DNA from: Thalia democratica
Taxonomy: Eukaryota
NCBI GenBank assembly: GCA_965202585.1
Contig: OZ241831.1
Location: 19,530,001-19,594,000, forward strand
Reading direction: 5' to 3'
DNA length: 64,000 bases
Position numbers and translations under genes: made by a program. The stretch's first letter is position 1. Every line of letters starts with the position of its first letter. Shown piece by piece: positions 33,474 to 44,180 of the stretch. The notes under the pieces were generated by a model, which was given only the letters and a program-made list of their open reading frames with translations, was not told the DNA's origin and did no database searches.

Positions 33474-35957
33474 ATGAGTAACAGATCCAAGCCCACCAAA
33501 AAGGATAGTATGTTCTCTTTAGGTACGAGATATTTCACAAACTTGGATTTGAAAGAGGCATACTACAGCCTGCCTCTCGCAGCCAACTCCCAAAAATGTG
33601 CTGCAATTATCGATCATAGTGGTGTTTTCATTCCCAATCGGTGCGTTTTTGGTTTGAAAAACGCACCGATGAAATTCCAGCAGGTAATGGAGGCCTTGCT
33701 GAGGGAATGCGAAGACTTCACTTATGTCTATCTTGACGACATATTGATATATTCTTACACGGAAGAGGAGCATATCTATCATGTGAGAAAAGTATTTGAA
33801 ACCCTGTCAAAATACGGACTCTTCTTGAATGTAAAAAAGACTACCTTTGCTAAGTCGAAATTAGAATTTCTCGGGCACGTGATCGGCGTAGAGGGGATCA
33901 ATGTACAAGCCTCAAAAGTAGCGGCCATTAAAGAGTATCCCGTACCCATTACGCGCAAAGATCTCAAGAGGTTTCTTGGGATGGCGAACTACTACCATTC
34001 CTTTATTGTTGGTTTAGCAGAGATCTTGGCACCCTTAAGCGCAATATCAGGGGGACCAAAAAAGACCAACCGAACCATCTTGAAGTTAGACGATTCTCAT
34101 ATCAAAGCGTTTGAGGACACAAAGACAGCATTAGCTAACGCAGCCACCCTGTCGTTTGAAGACCAGGGTAAACCTTTCATTTTGTTCTCTGATGCCTCGG
34201 ACACCCACACAGGTGCCTCACTAGAACAACTAAACGATAAAAATGTGATGGTACCTCTTGCTTTCTTTTCAAGAAGCATTCCGGAAAACAAACGAGCACG
34301 TTGTACATACTACAAAGAACTAACAGGTTTAGTTATGGCCATTAAGCATTTCCACAGTCGAATCTATGGGCGACAACTAATAATAAGATCTGACAATATG
34401 GCCCTTTGTAACGCATTAAAGAAGGAGTTGACAGATCAATCCCCCTACGTGCAACGTCATCTCCAAAGAATACAAGAATACAACCCGACCGTCATCCATG
34501 TTAAAGGCACAGATAATGTGGTGGCAGACGCTCTTAGCAGACCACCGCAAGCGGCAACGATGTACATGGGTAGGTACGAAACGGATCCAGACTATGAGGA
34601 AATGTGGTACTCCGACTCTGAAGACGAAGTCTCAGAAGACGAGTCCATGGAAATAGAAGAGGAGATAATCACACCAGAAAGGATCGACAGGAACTCTGTG
34701 GCTCTCTTGCAACAAAGTGAACCTGACTTCATTGAAACAGCACAAACACTGAAAAAAGTAGTTGAGTATAGCAAGCCCGAGAACATTGCTGAAATTGTAG
34801 AGGTCGGAAACAAAAGAGCAATTTTGCCTAAAAGTCTGAGATTACAGGCATTTAATGCGGCCCATCAGGTCCTACATCTAGGAGTGGAAAAATCAATTGA
34901 TGCGGTAGCCAAAGACTTCTGGTGGCCAACCCTGAGGGCAGATGTGACCCGTTGGGTCAAAACTTGTCTTCAGTGTCAGGCAGTTAAAGTAATCCGCCAT
35001 AACAGGCCAAAGATCGGGTTCTTTCCCGAAACTACCACCAGGCTCAGTTTTGTTCATATGGATCTCATAGGACCCATGAACGTAGTCTCAAATAATTGTC
35101 GTTATGTCCTTACAATTAAGGACCGCGGAACGGGATTCCTTGTGGCGACTCCTATTCCTGATAAGAGAGCCATGACAGTGAGGAACGCATTTATGCAAAG
35201 TTGGTGTAGCTACTTCGGGACACCTCAGGTGGTTGTGAGTGATAATGGAAAAGAATTTGCAAATCAGTTGTTGTCTGATGCCTTCATCCAACTGGGAGTG
35301 GACCACCGGTTTGTACCACCGTACAGCCCTCAAAGCAACGGCTTCATCGAACGCCAGCACAGAACAATCAACCAAGCTTTGCGTGCAGAAAAAACAAAGA
35401 CCAATTGGGCACTAAGGTTGCCTATGATTACGGCCACTATCAACAACACCTCCATTGAAGGCTCACCATACACTCCCTCTCAATACGCTCTAGGAATGTG
35501 TGTGAACCTATCTGGCCAGATTTTTGTTGACAAAAAGGTTGAAGATGGGAAGTTTGAGTACAATCATTCGGATACAAAGTTATTCCTCAACATTATGTCT
35601 GGTATCACTCGTAAACACCAACGACACAAAGAGAGAAAGAAATACTACGAACCCTCCCTATTCCAATGTAAAAAGGTTTGGGTGAAGCGTGCCAACAAAA
35701 AGAAATTGTCTACAGTATACCATGGGCCATACAGGGTGCTTCATGCCTCTGAACACTCAATGTTCATTCAGAAAAACGGTGGGGTAGTAAAAGTGTCAAT
35801 TAGAAATGTTAAGGCATATTACCCAAGAGAGGAATTGGAAGAGAGTAAATGTGATGAAATTCCCGAAAACAGATATAATTTAAGGGAAAGGAAAAAAGTG
35901 ATTAACTGGGATAAAGTAATTAACTGCCAGGAAGGAAGCAGTAGCGACGAAAACTAG
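33474..35957 (+). CDS. Ty3/Gypsy pol (N-truncated RT, RNase H, integrase) fused in frame to a 15-codon leader
   Basis: LDLKEAYYSLPL, PFG-like VFGLKNAP, YLDD; RNase H DAS...E...DN...ADALSR; HHCC (H..LHLG...CLQC); integrase HMDLIG, SDNGKEF, NGFIERQH; GPY. No protease and no RT N-terminus. Confidence 0.95.
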   Translation: MSNRSKPTKKDSMFSLGTRYFTNLDLKEAYYSLPLAANSQKCAAIIDHSGVFIPNRCVFGLKNAPMKFQQVMEALLRECEDFTYVYLDDILIYSYTEEEHIYHVRKVFETLSKYGLFLNVKKTTFAKSKLEFLGHVIGVEGINVQASKVAAIKEYPVPITRKDLKRFLGMANYYHSFIVGLAEILAPLSAISGGPKKTNRTILKLDDSHIKAFEDTKTALANAATLSFEDQGKPFILFSDASDTHTGASLEQLNDKNVMVPLAFFSRSIPENKRARCTYYKELTGLVMAIKHFHSRIYGRQLIIRSDNMALCNALKKELTDQSPYVQRHLQRIQEYNPTVIHVKGTDNVVADALSRPPQAATMYMGRYETDPDYEEMWYSDSEDEVSEDESMEIEEEIITPERIDRNSVALLQQSEPDFIETAQTLKKVVEYSKPENIAEIVEVGNKRAILPKSLRLQAFNAAHQVLHLGVEKSIDAVAKDFWWPTLRADVTRWVKTCLQCQAVKVIRHNRPKIGFFPETTTRLSFVHMDLIGPMNVVSNNCRYVLTIKDRGTGFLVATPIPDKRAMTVRNAFMQSWCSYFGTPQVVVSDNGKEFANQLLSDAFIQLGVDHRFVPPYSPQSNGFIERQHRTINQALRAEKTKTNWALRLPMITATINNTSIEGSPYTPSQYALGMCVNLSGQIFVDKKVEDGKFEYNHSDTKLFLNIMSGITRKHQRHKERKKYYEPSLFQCKKVWVKRANKKKLSTVYHGPYRVLHASEHSMFIQKNGGVVKVSIRNVKAYYPREELEESKCDEIPENRYNLRERKKVINWDKVINCQEGSSSDEN

Positions 35958-36789
35958 GAAATTACAAAACTGGTTGACAACTGCTACAATGGAGAACCGT
36001 TGGTTCTGATTAGTAAACTCCAAGATTTCTTCCTTTTTTGTAAAAGCATAAAAAGATATTTGGTACTTTTTAGATGAATACTACTTAGGGGCTTATTCAA
36101 ATAAGCAACAGTTGATTTTCACTGATTATTTTGTACAACACCTAGAAGCTGCTTGCATTTTTTATATTACTGTTAAATGACTTAACTTTAAGATTTTTTT
36201 AATTTTAAAATTAATGGGGTTTTTGATTTTATATTTATTTGTACAACCATTAAAAATTAGTATCTTATAGACATGTATTTTTTTTTGTAATTATCTTAGC
36301 TAAAATAGGTACTGTGTGATATTTCATATAAAAATCTAAAATTTTCTATATTGCATTGAGTTTTGATTGTCTCCTGTTTAATGAAACTATTTTTTTTTTC
36401 AAACACAAAAAAACTTTTTAAGAAAACCTGCTATCTACAGTTTGATGGTTTCTATTGTTTTAAAAACTTTATAGTTTTAAATTTAAAAAGCATGTTTCTG
36501 TTAATTTTTAAATCTAAGCTTTTCTAATATTCACTTTTTTTGTGTGTATGACAACATGTAATGGTGAACTTTGTGGACCATATTAAATGCTCATTATTCA
36601 TTCGAAAATGCACTGGGAAAGCTTGCCAAGCAAATTGTAAAAATCATGGCTCAGTAACTTACACTCATCTAGTTTCGTTGGGTAAGTCGAACTGCCACAC
36701 CCCAGAGACCACAGAATGAACCATTCTAATAAGAACAGGCTGCCACTACGAACAGCAGAATTGTAGTGACGATGTCGATTCGTCTGGAA

Positions 36790-37070
36790 ATGCATACATG
36801 GCAGCACACCTTTGGATGCCATGGGGGCAATGCCAACCCGTCTGCTGATGATGTCAAGCAGACCCTCGAATCCGTTGGCGTTGATGACGATGGTGAACAA
36901 CGCCAGGTCGCCAGCGATTAGTTCGCGGAGAAGGACGTCAGTGGAGCCAAACTTCCCGCCAGAGTTCCGGGGGAACCACTACAAGAAGAGCGGCCGCAGC
37001 TGGAGCAACCAGAGAAGAGGTGGAGAAGGCGAGTAAGAAGAGGCCGAGCCTCAACCTCCAGTGGAAGAGT
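36790..37070 (+). pseudogene. RPLP2: Processed, decayed 60S acidic ribosomal protein P2 fragment inside the LTR element
   Basis: After correcting three 1-nt deletions: M-x-YMAAHL..AMGGNANPSADDVKQTLESVGVD...V.S...EKDV...KL...VPG, then an Ala-rich and Glu/Lys-rich tail. In-frame TAG; no introns; no GFGLFD end. Confidence 0.75.
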
Positions 37071-37495
37071 AAGGAACCATCATCATGAACGGTAAACATT
37101 GACTTTTAAAAAATTTTTGACTCATGATTGTAATTAGGAATTTACTACATTTAAATACTTATAGTTTTAATTTTACTTTAAAAATAGCTAGTAGAGTGTT
37201 CAAATCCAGATTTTGAATTAGCTCATAAATGTTGTTATATGCAAGTACCTTCTAGCACATAAAGTTGATGATCATAAGTATCTCTTAAAATATTATTTCT
37301 GATTATTACATGTAAATTACAAAAAGAAAGTTATAAACTTATGTTGCATGCTTATATATCTCTAAGTTGAGTGCTCTAGTGTATAATGGTTTTCACCTTG
37401 ACTATATTTAAAAAATTTTTCAGTTTAACAAACGTTTAACACCTTATAACTAATGTTTATCTAAAAAAACCCAAGTTAAAATTCTAAAAATATTT

Positions 37496-37510
37496 AATAA
37501 GAGGGGAAAA
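37496..37510 (+). other. Polypurine tract
   Basis: AATAAGAGGGGAAAA directly abuts the TGTAAC LTR start. Confidence 0.8.
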
Positions 37511-38050
37511 TGTAACGCCTCTGGCTATAAATTAAATTCAGCAAAAGAGTTTTCTCTAATTAGGGTTTTTTAAATTTGTTTACTTTCTAAGTTGCCGCCT
37601 TATAAATAAACTATGAGATGTTGTGGCAGCTCAAGCTTGACTTTTCTATGTGCTAAATTGTGAGTATTGTTATTAATCTCTTATTTTTAGCTCTGTCTCT
37701 TAAATTGATATATTTCTAATAAAGTTAAATTGAAGTTAATTTTACTTTGGTTTTGCATAAATTTGAATAAATAAACTTTGCTGTTAATAAAATTAAATTG
37801 AAGTTAATTTTACTTTGGTTTTGCATAAATTTGAATAAATAAACTTTGCTGTTAATAAAATTAAATTGGAGTTATTTGTACTTTGGTTTTACATAAATTT
37901 GAATAAATAAACTTTGGTGTTAATACTTAATTATATTGAAATTATCTGTAATTTGGTTTTACATAAAATTGAATAAATAAGCTTTGTTGTTGATAATTGA
38001 TTAAATTAGCAAGCAGCTTTTGGTACTCTTATAAATCTCTGTAAATTACA
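37511..38050 (+). repeat. Gypsy 3' LTR (~540 bp)
   Basis: TGTAA...TTACA termini; preceded by a PPT; matches 29042-29254. The right end is inferred only from the inverted terminal motif. Confidence 0.75.
37724..37990 (+). repeat. ~68-bp tandem repeat, about 4 units, inside the LTR
   Basis: TACTTTGG recurs at 37743, 37811 and 37879, with a variant at 37949; each unit carries AATAAATAA. Confidence 0.85.
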
Positions 38051-38111
38051 AACCAACTTTAAGTAATTTAAAATAAACTAGTGGGCCACACCTAACTCTT
38101 GGTATAGCACA

Positions 38112-38321
38112 ATGAGTAACAGATCCAAGCCCACCAAAAAGGATAGTATGTTCTCTAAAAAGAACATACATCATACTTTAAACAAGGTCATCAACCCCGA
38201 AACTCGCTGTAGCCAACGTAATATAAACAGAGGGATTAACAAAAGGGGTGTTGACTCACACTCTTCGCGCCGTAGCCAACCTGGTCCATCAGACCAACCA
38301 CAAGCAACGTGCGAAAGATAA
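38112..38321 (+). other. Short leader/gag-start-like ORF after the LTR (possible start of a second, truncated tandem copy)
   Basis: 38096-38156 is identical to 33458-33518; composition resembles pol rather than host intergenic DNA; no recognisable domain. Confidence 0.45.
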
Positions 38322-40685
38322 ATATACTCTAAATAAGACATTAAAGTCTTTCTCTAAAAAAGCTGTTTCTAATTTTTATTAAATAATAAAGATATTGAAA
38401 CATTTAAGTCTAATGTACCTTGAAGAACTTCTGTATTTAACTTTATAAAAAATTTATACAAAAAAAAAGTTAATAAATAATAATGTTGAATAAAAGATTA
38501 AGTTACAAAATAAACTTATTTTATATTTAAAAGTTTTTTACTCTTTTATTTTAATTTTAAACCAAAAATAACTTAAGAAGAACTTCATTTTTGTTATCAA
38601 AAAAAAATTAAAGTAATATGTAAAAATATTATCATAAATTGTTTTAATTTTACAATCAAGGTGTTAAAATTGTTTTAGTACATTGTAAATTAAAACTTTT
38701 GTAATTTGACATTATATTAAGTTTATAATAACAAAAGTAATAAAGATTAACTTATGAAATTTTATCCAATATAAAATATGAGAAAAAAAAAGCTTTACTT
38801 TGTTTAGCTTTCTAGTTACTATAGCGATAAAACAGCTGTAATTAGTGGATTTCAAATTTTACCATGCCTGGCACATACATAGTTTGGTAACAATTTTTTA
38901 ATATGATAAAACAATTTTACCGAAGTTTTATCTCAAATAGACAAGAAATTTTATGCGTGCATAAACTTGTAAAGATAACGAAACAAGTTAATCAAAGTTT
39001 ATTGTTATAAAAAGCAAAAAATAGCATTATTTATAGTTTTTTTTTAATATACGTTTTCAATATTGTTTTTATTTATTTTAAATCAATGTTTTACTTTTGA
39101 TTTTTATATATTTAAAAAAAATGACTCTGAATTGCTCTAAAACGGTTTTCTATAGCTAAGCTTTAGGTAAAGAATCATATATAATGAAATGATTTCGAAA
39201 TTTCCAAGTTCAGTTTTTACAAATTGTGCAATATTTTAGAACTAATTTTACTTAAAATTATTTTGTTACTTTTAAAACCTTAATTGTGTAAGAACAAACT
39301 AATAAAAAATGTTTTTCATTTTACTTAATTTTCAGCAAATAAAGTATACGAAAAAAGAAACACAGTAAAACGAAAACTCTGAGTAGAATAAATAATATAG
39401 GAATATAGTGTACTTATTATACTTAAATAGTTATAAAATTAAATTAAAGTTGTTTATTAATCTACTAAAAACAAAAAGGTCTGTACCTGTAGTTTAAACT
39501 TAATTCTTTAAAAAAAAAATTATTTAAAACAGTTCTAGTACAAGTTTAATTAAACTTTGGTTTAAATAAACTTAAACTAAACCTTTTTTTAGTTTTAATT
39601 AAATACGTGTTTCATAAAAAGGAATATTTATATATTTGTCGAAAAAGTTTAGATTAAGTTAAATTGTGAATCGTAGTTGAAATGTCCCTAGTCGTTACAG
39701 TTTTCTATCTTTGCTTTAAAGAGCTTGTCTTCGTCTCTGATAACACCTGTAAAAAGTTTATAAATATCTAGGTTTAAATAAATTTTCTAACAAAAATATT
39801 ATTTATTTTAAATATTTAGTGCGTACCTTACGCGGATGCGTATCTCTCAAAGTGCGTACGTTACCGATGTCTTTACTTTTTAAAAAGCACATTGAAGAAA
39901 TTTGGACCTGGTATAGAATATATATTTAATATAGTATAAAATTGGTAAAAGTATCTGCAAATAATGTTTAATAATGTGTGCCCCGATTCGTGCGTATAAC
40001 CAAAAAAAATGTGATTGGCCAGCACCAGATATAACTTTACTTTATAAAATCATTTTTTAAAAACAAGGTGAACCCCACTTTGCCTGTATAAACTCTCAAA
40101 ATGCTCTTTATTTATCTGAACTTTCAAATTTCCTTATTTAGCAGTTGTAGTCTTTAGAAAATTCATGTAGGTTTTAATCAACATTATGACTTTTATGCCT
40201 TAAATTGAACTACTTATACCTCATGTTCATTTTTCTTCTTGATAATTAACAAAAGGATATATGTATATACTTCTGCATTATATGTTCACAAAACTTAGAA
40301 GAAGTACTATTTTTAAAGATTAGACAAGAATAGTTTGAACTCATTTATTAGTTATTTCTTTACTGAAAACAAGTATTTATAAGTTATAACAATTTGATCT
40401 TAAAACTAATAAAAAACACTTTAATTGATACAAATTGATTAGCTTGAGTTTGTGGCAACCCTGTTAAATGCAGTTATTGTTAATTAAAATTTTCATAAAA
40501 GTACTATTTTATATTATGTAATATAAACAACTTAAAAAAGATAAACCTGCATTGAAAATCAAGGACTTTTCTTAGAAATATCAAAATTTGAATACTTAAA
40601 AATATATATAAAAATTTATTTAAAATTCATAGAGACCACTGTAGTTGTCAGTTTGGCTATAGCCCAATGAACACATAAACAAAAA

Positions 40686-41164
40686 CAGGGTTGCCACTCG
40701 GTCAGGAAATCAGGAAAAGTCAGGAGAAATTATAAAAATGACAAAAGTCAGGAAAAAATGGGGGGTTTTGAAAAAAAGTCAGGAAAAGTCAGGAAATTTG
40801 ATTAAAAAAAAAAAGTCAGATTTTGTCAGTTTAAATTTACAAAATTCCTTGTTTTCCAAAGCCTTCAAATGGTAAAAATTAATTAAAAGTCTTTTAAAGT
40901 CATAAAAAAATTCCAAAATTTTCCTATAAATTTACAAAAATATTTAATTTTATTTCCAATGCATTCATCTGGTATAAATTAGTAAAATATCCTTTATAAA
41001 ACTGCAAAAATTTTCTCAAAACATATTGAACATCTTTTAATAGTTTCAAGTGTTAGATTATGTATTTAAGAATAAGTTTAATTTAAGAATTTGATTTAGA
41101 AAAGTCTGGAAAATTTTGGTAAAAAGTCAGGAAATTTTTCTCTGCTTGATCAGTGGCAACCATG
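40686..41164. mobile_element. CAGGGTTGCCA-family MITE, 6-bp TSD
   Basis: TIRs CAGGGTTGCCACT / AGTGGCAACCATG; TSD CAAAAA on both sides; GTCAGGAAA repeats. Confidence 0.85.
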
Positions 41165-41344
41165 CAAAAATAACTTGAACTTTCAATCTTTAATTATAAC
41201 ACACAAAAATCATACAATTAAGACTTCTTATAATAAACCTTAGTTAGTGTGGGACAGGGTGGCCTATGATTTTTAAGAAGTTTCTTCCAGGTTTTCTGAG
41301 TTTACCTAGGTCAGTGGACCAAAGTATTTTTAATTTATTTGTAA

Positions 41345-41726
41345 TAGAGTTGCCACTTTACTTGGAAACCGGAAAAAACCTGGAATTTGATAATTTAGGC
41401 AAAAATAACCTGGAAAAACCTTGAATTTTGATCAAAAATAATTTTGATTTTGAATTTTTTATAATTTTAACATTTTAAGTTGTAAAATTTCACAAAAAAT
41501 CTATCATATAAATAAGATTTTTTTGTCATTATCAAAATATTTTTTATTAAAAAAACATTTAAGGTAACTTTACGGTATGTTTTCAATGTTTTTATACTTT
41601 TTAACACAGTTTCTTACAAAGAAATTAGCTTAAAACTAAAAATAGACCCATAAATGTGTACTTTTAAAAACCTGGAAGAAATTTGAAAACCTGGTAAAAA
41701 ATTTGAAAAAACGAGTGGCAACCCTG
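41345..41726. mobile_element. CAGGGTTGCCA-family MITE, 6-bp TSD
   Basis: TAGAGTTGCCAC / GTGGCAACCCTG; TSD TTGTAA on both sides; CCTGGAA repeats. Confidence 0.85.
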
Positions 41727-42572
41727 TTGTAAGCTACCAGCTGTTTTTCACTGATTTTAATAGTTCAAAGTACCTTTTGAGATATTAGCAATCAAAATTG
41801 AGAGTTCAATAAGTTATATATAGGAGAAAACTATTAAAGCAAAAGTTAACTATTACTTAAAAATCTATCTCCTCCTTCAATTTTTGAGCAATTGTTTTAA
41901 TTTTTTCTCTCTACTCTTTAATAAGTTTAGAAATTATGTTTTCAGTAATTTTTTAGTTTCCAAATAATTTGACAACAATAAAATTGCAGTTCATAGATTT
42001 ATATCAAAATTTTTTTACAAAATTTACAATCTCTCAAAAATAAGATAAAATTTTGTAATTCTATAAAAACTGGCTCGTAGTTTATACTTGAAACTTTCAA
42101 ATATAGGAAGATAATAATTTTTGTAAAAGACTATGTAGGACCCCCAAATGGCCTTAATTAAGTGAAAATATATTTGTTTAATTGAAGTTTTAAAATAAGT
42201 TAGATCTTATATATTTGTTTAACTTTTTTTCCAAAGACTTGCTCATTTCTAATATAAAATATTTTAAATATTATACACATGATATCATATATCAGTTTTT
42301 AAAGTCTTATACTTTCAACAGGGATGCCGCTTGCACAGGATAACCAAGGCTTATTTGATTTTTTTTTTCCAATAATTATGCTAGTCTGAATATATTTCCT
42401 AAATCTCAAGCTATATTTTTAACTATTTTTGTCTTAAAACTGTGTCTTTATTAAGCCCTTTCTTAATTTTGTACCGTTATTAGTTCAGTATTTTTGTAAA
42501 TTTAAACCTGATTGAAAGTTAATTACTTCTATTTTTGATTCACTTTTTTTTTCAATTTGCTCATAAACTAGG

Positions 42573-42988
42573 CAGGGTTGCCACACACTCAGGGAAACTC
42601 AGGGAATTATAAATTTATAGAAAATCTCAGGGAAACTCAGCAAATTTTGACTTTTTTTAAACTCAGGGAAACTCTGGGCAGTTTTGATTTTTTCCTATAA
42701 GTTTCAGGGCAGTTATAAGATTTTTAAAAAAATCTCAGGGAAATTTTTTTCTAGATCTAGAATGAGATTTAATTAATCCAGTTAAATATTTTGTTCAAAA
42801 AAGTTAATTTTTAATACATTTCAAGTGCTTATTTAGAAAATTTTTAGCCTTGCGGCTAGTTCTTCAATATTTTTAGAGTTAGTTTAAATTTTTTAATACA
42901 TAATAATTTTTTTAAGGATTTGAAAAAAACTCAGGTAAATTTCTATTCACTCTGGAAAGATTTTTTGACTCAAAGAGTGGCAACCCTG
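42573..42988. mobile_element. MITE derivative of the 56216-57864 element
   Basis: Both ends match the ends of 56216-57864 in opposite orientation; CTCAGGGAA repeats; TSD ACTAGG/ACTAAG (5 of 6 match). Confidence 0.85.
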
Positions 42989-44180
42989 ACTAAGTTAGCA
43001 TAATGAAACTCAGACTTACTTTTTTGCTGTGAAGAGTAGTAACCATGTCTCAAACATTTTGCAAATCATATTAAAAGTTATTTTACTTATGTGTTTGCTT
43101 AACTCTTAACTAAGGTAAACAACTTGTAATGATTATTATTTATAAGTTTAATTATTTATTATTTCAGGGTATTACAGGGTCGCTATACACTTAGGCTACT
43201 TTTTTTTAACTTTTTTGTTGTCTTTTACATAAATTTGACTACTAATTTTAATTATCTACTACTTTTTTTACAGTGTTTAAACTTTGTTGTTAGGTTTCTC
43301 CTGTGGTTAGCTCTACTTAGATATGATTAAGTTATTTTTCATTGCCTTTTGTTAACATAGAATTGTGGTTGCATATATTTATAGTCATACTCTTAGTGAT
43401 TATAAAATAAAATGTAAGTGTTTAGTAACTGAAAAAGTTGCACAATGAAAACTGATATAAAAATTTGAATACAGTAAATAGTTTGATTTAAAATTTATAA
43501 AGGTTTCTTTGTCTTAATTGCATGACATATTAAAGCTTGTAAATAGTTAAAAAATAAAAGTTGAATCATTTAAAAAGGCTGATTATAAATATATTTTATT
43601 TTATTTTTTACCTGAAAGATTCTATTGTGAGAACTAAAATATCTTATATGCACACTTATCTTAAAACTAAGGTGTAGAAGGACCTTAATTTAAAGATAAA
43701 TCTTCTAAATGTACTAAATCTTTCAAGATTTTATAATAAACTCCAGCTATTTTTTGTGGCTCAAATAATGGCAACCCTGCTCTTAACTAAAAATAAATGT
43801 TTAAATGGTCAGGCAGCAGTTCTTCTTAATTTATTTGATTATTTCTTTTAGAATCCTGTGAGAAAAAGATTTTGCAACCCCTTATAAAAGTACAAAGATA
43901 ACATTAATACTACAATAAATTGTTTTTACAGCCCTTAGTAGACTTTTAATTACTGTTGTTCATTTTTTTATGTAAAAAAAAGTAAAAGTATAGCTTAAAA
44001 GTTCAAAATTATTGAAAACATTATAAACCTGTTAAAAGAATATAAACGCTTTCATATTAAGAAATATTAAAATATCCTTTAATATCTAATTTTTCAAATT
44101 TAGAAAAAAGTTTTTTTGTTTGACTAAAATATTTTGAACATTAAAAATTGTAGATAATTTGAAATTAATTTAATTTATAA

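Larger units (their letters stand above)
27710..40001. mobile_element. Putative long-TIR DNA transposon (GG termini) whose ~340-bp TIRs enclose the retroelement mosaic
   Basis: 27710-28060 is the reverse complement of 39669-40001. Both start GGTTATACGCACGAATCGGGGCAC and carry GTACGCAC repeats. Flanks AAAAAATT / AAAAAAAAT are compatible with a slipped 8-bp TSD. Confidence 0.6.

Noticed and set aside
30507-35375. Minus-strand ORFs overlapping the Neptune and pol ORFs (30507, 30729, 31263, 33067, 33519, 33779, 34097, 34592, 35088)
   Set aside because: Antisense shadows of real coding frames; no independent motifs.
36812-37036. 74-aa + ORF MDAMGAMPTRLL... and the 100-aa - ORF at 36598-36900
   Set aside because: Off-frame readings of the P2 pseudogene.
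37724-37990. Regularly spaced repeats resembling a CRISPR array
   Set aside because: Units are contiguous tandem copies with no unique spacers; eukaryotic context; no cas genes.
38096-38115. TGGTATAGCACA as a primer-binding site
   Set aside because: Starts with TGG but lies ~50 nt from the inferred LTR end, and I cannot match it to a tRNA 3' end; left unannotated.
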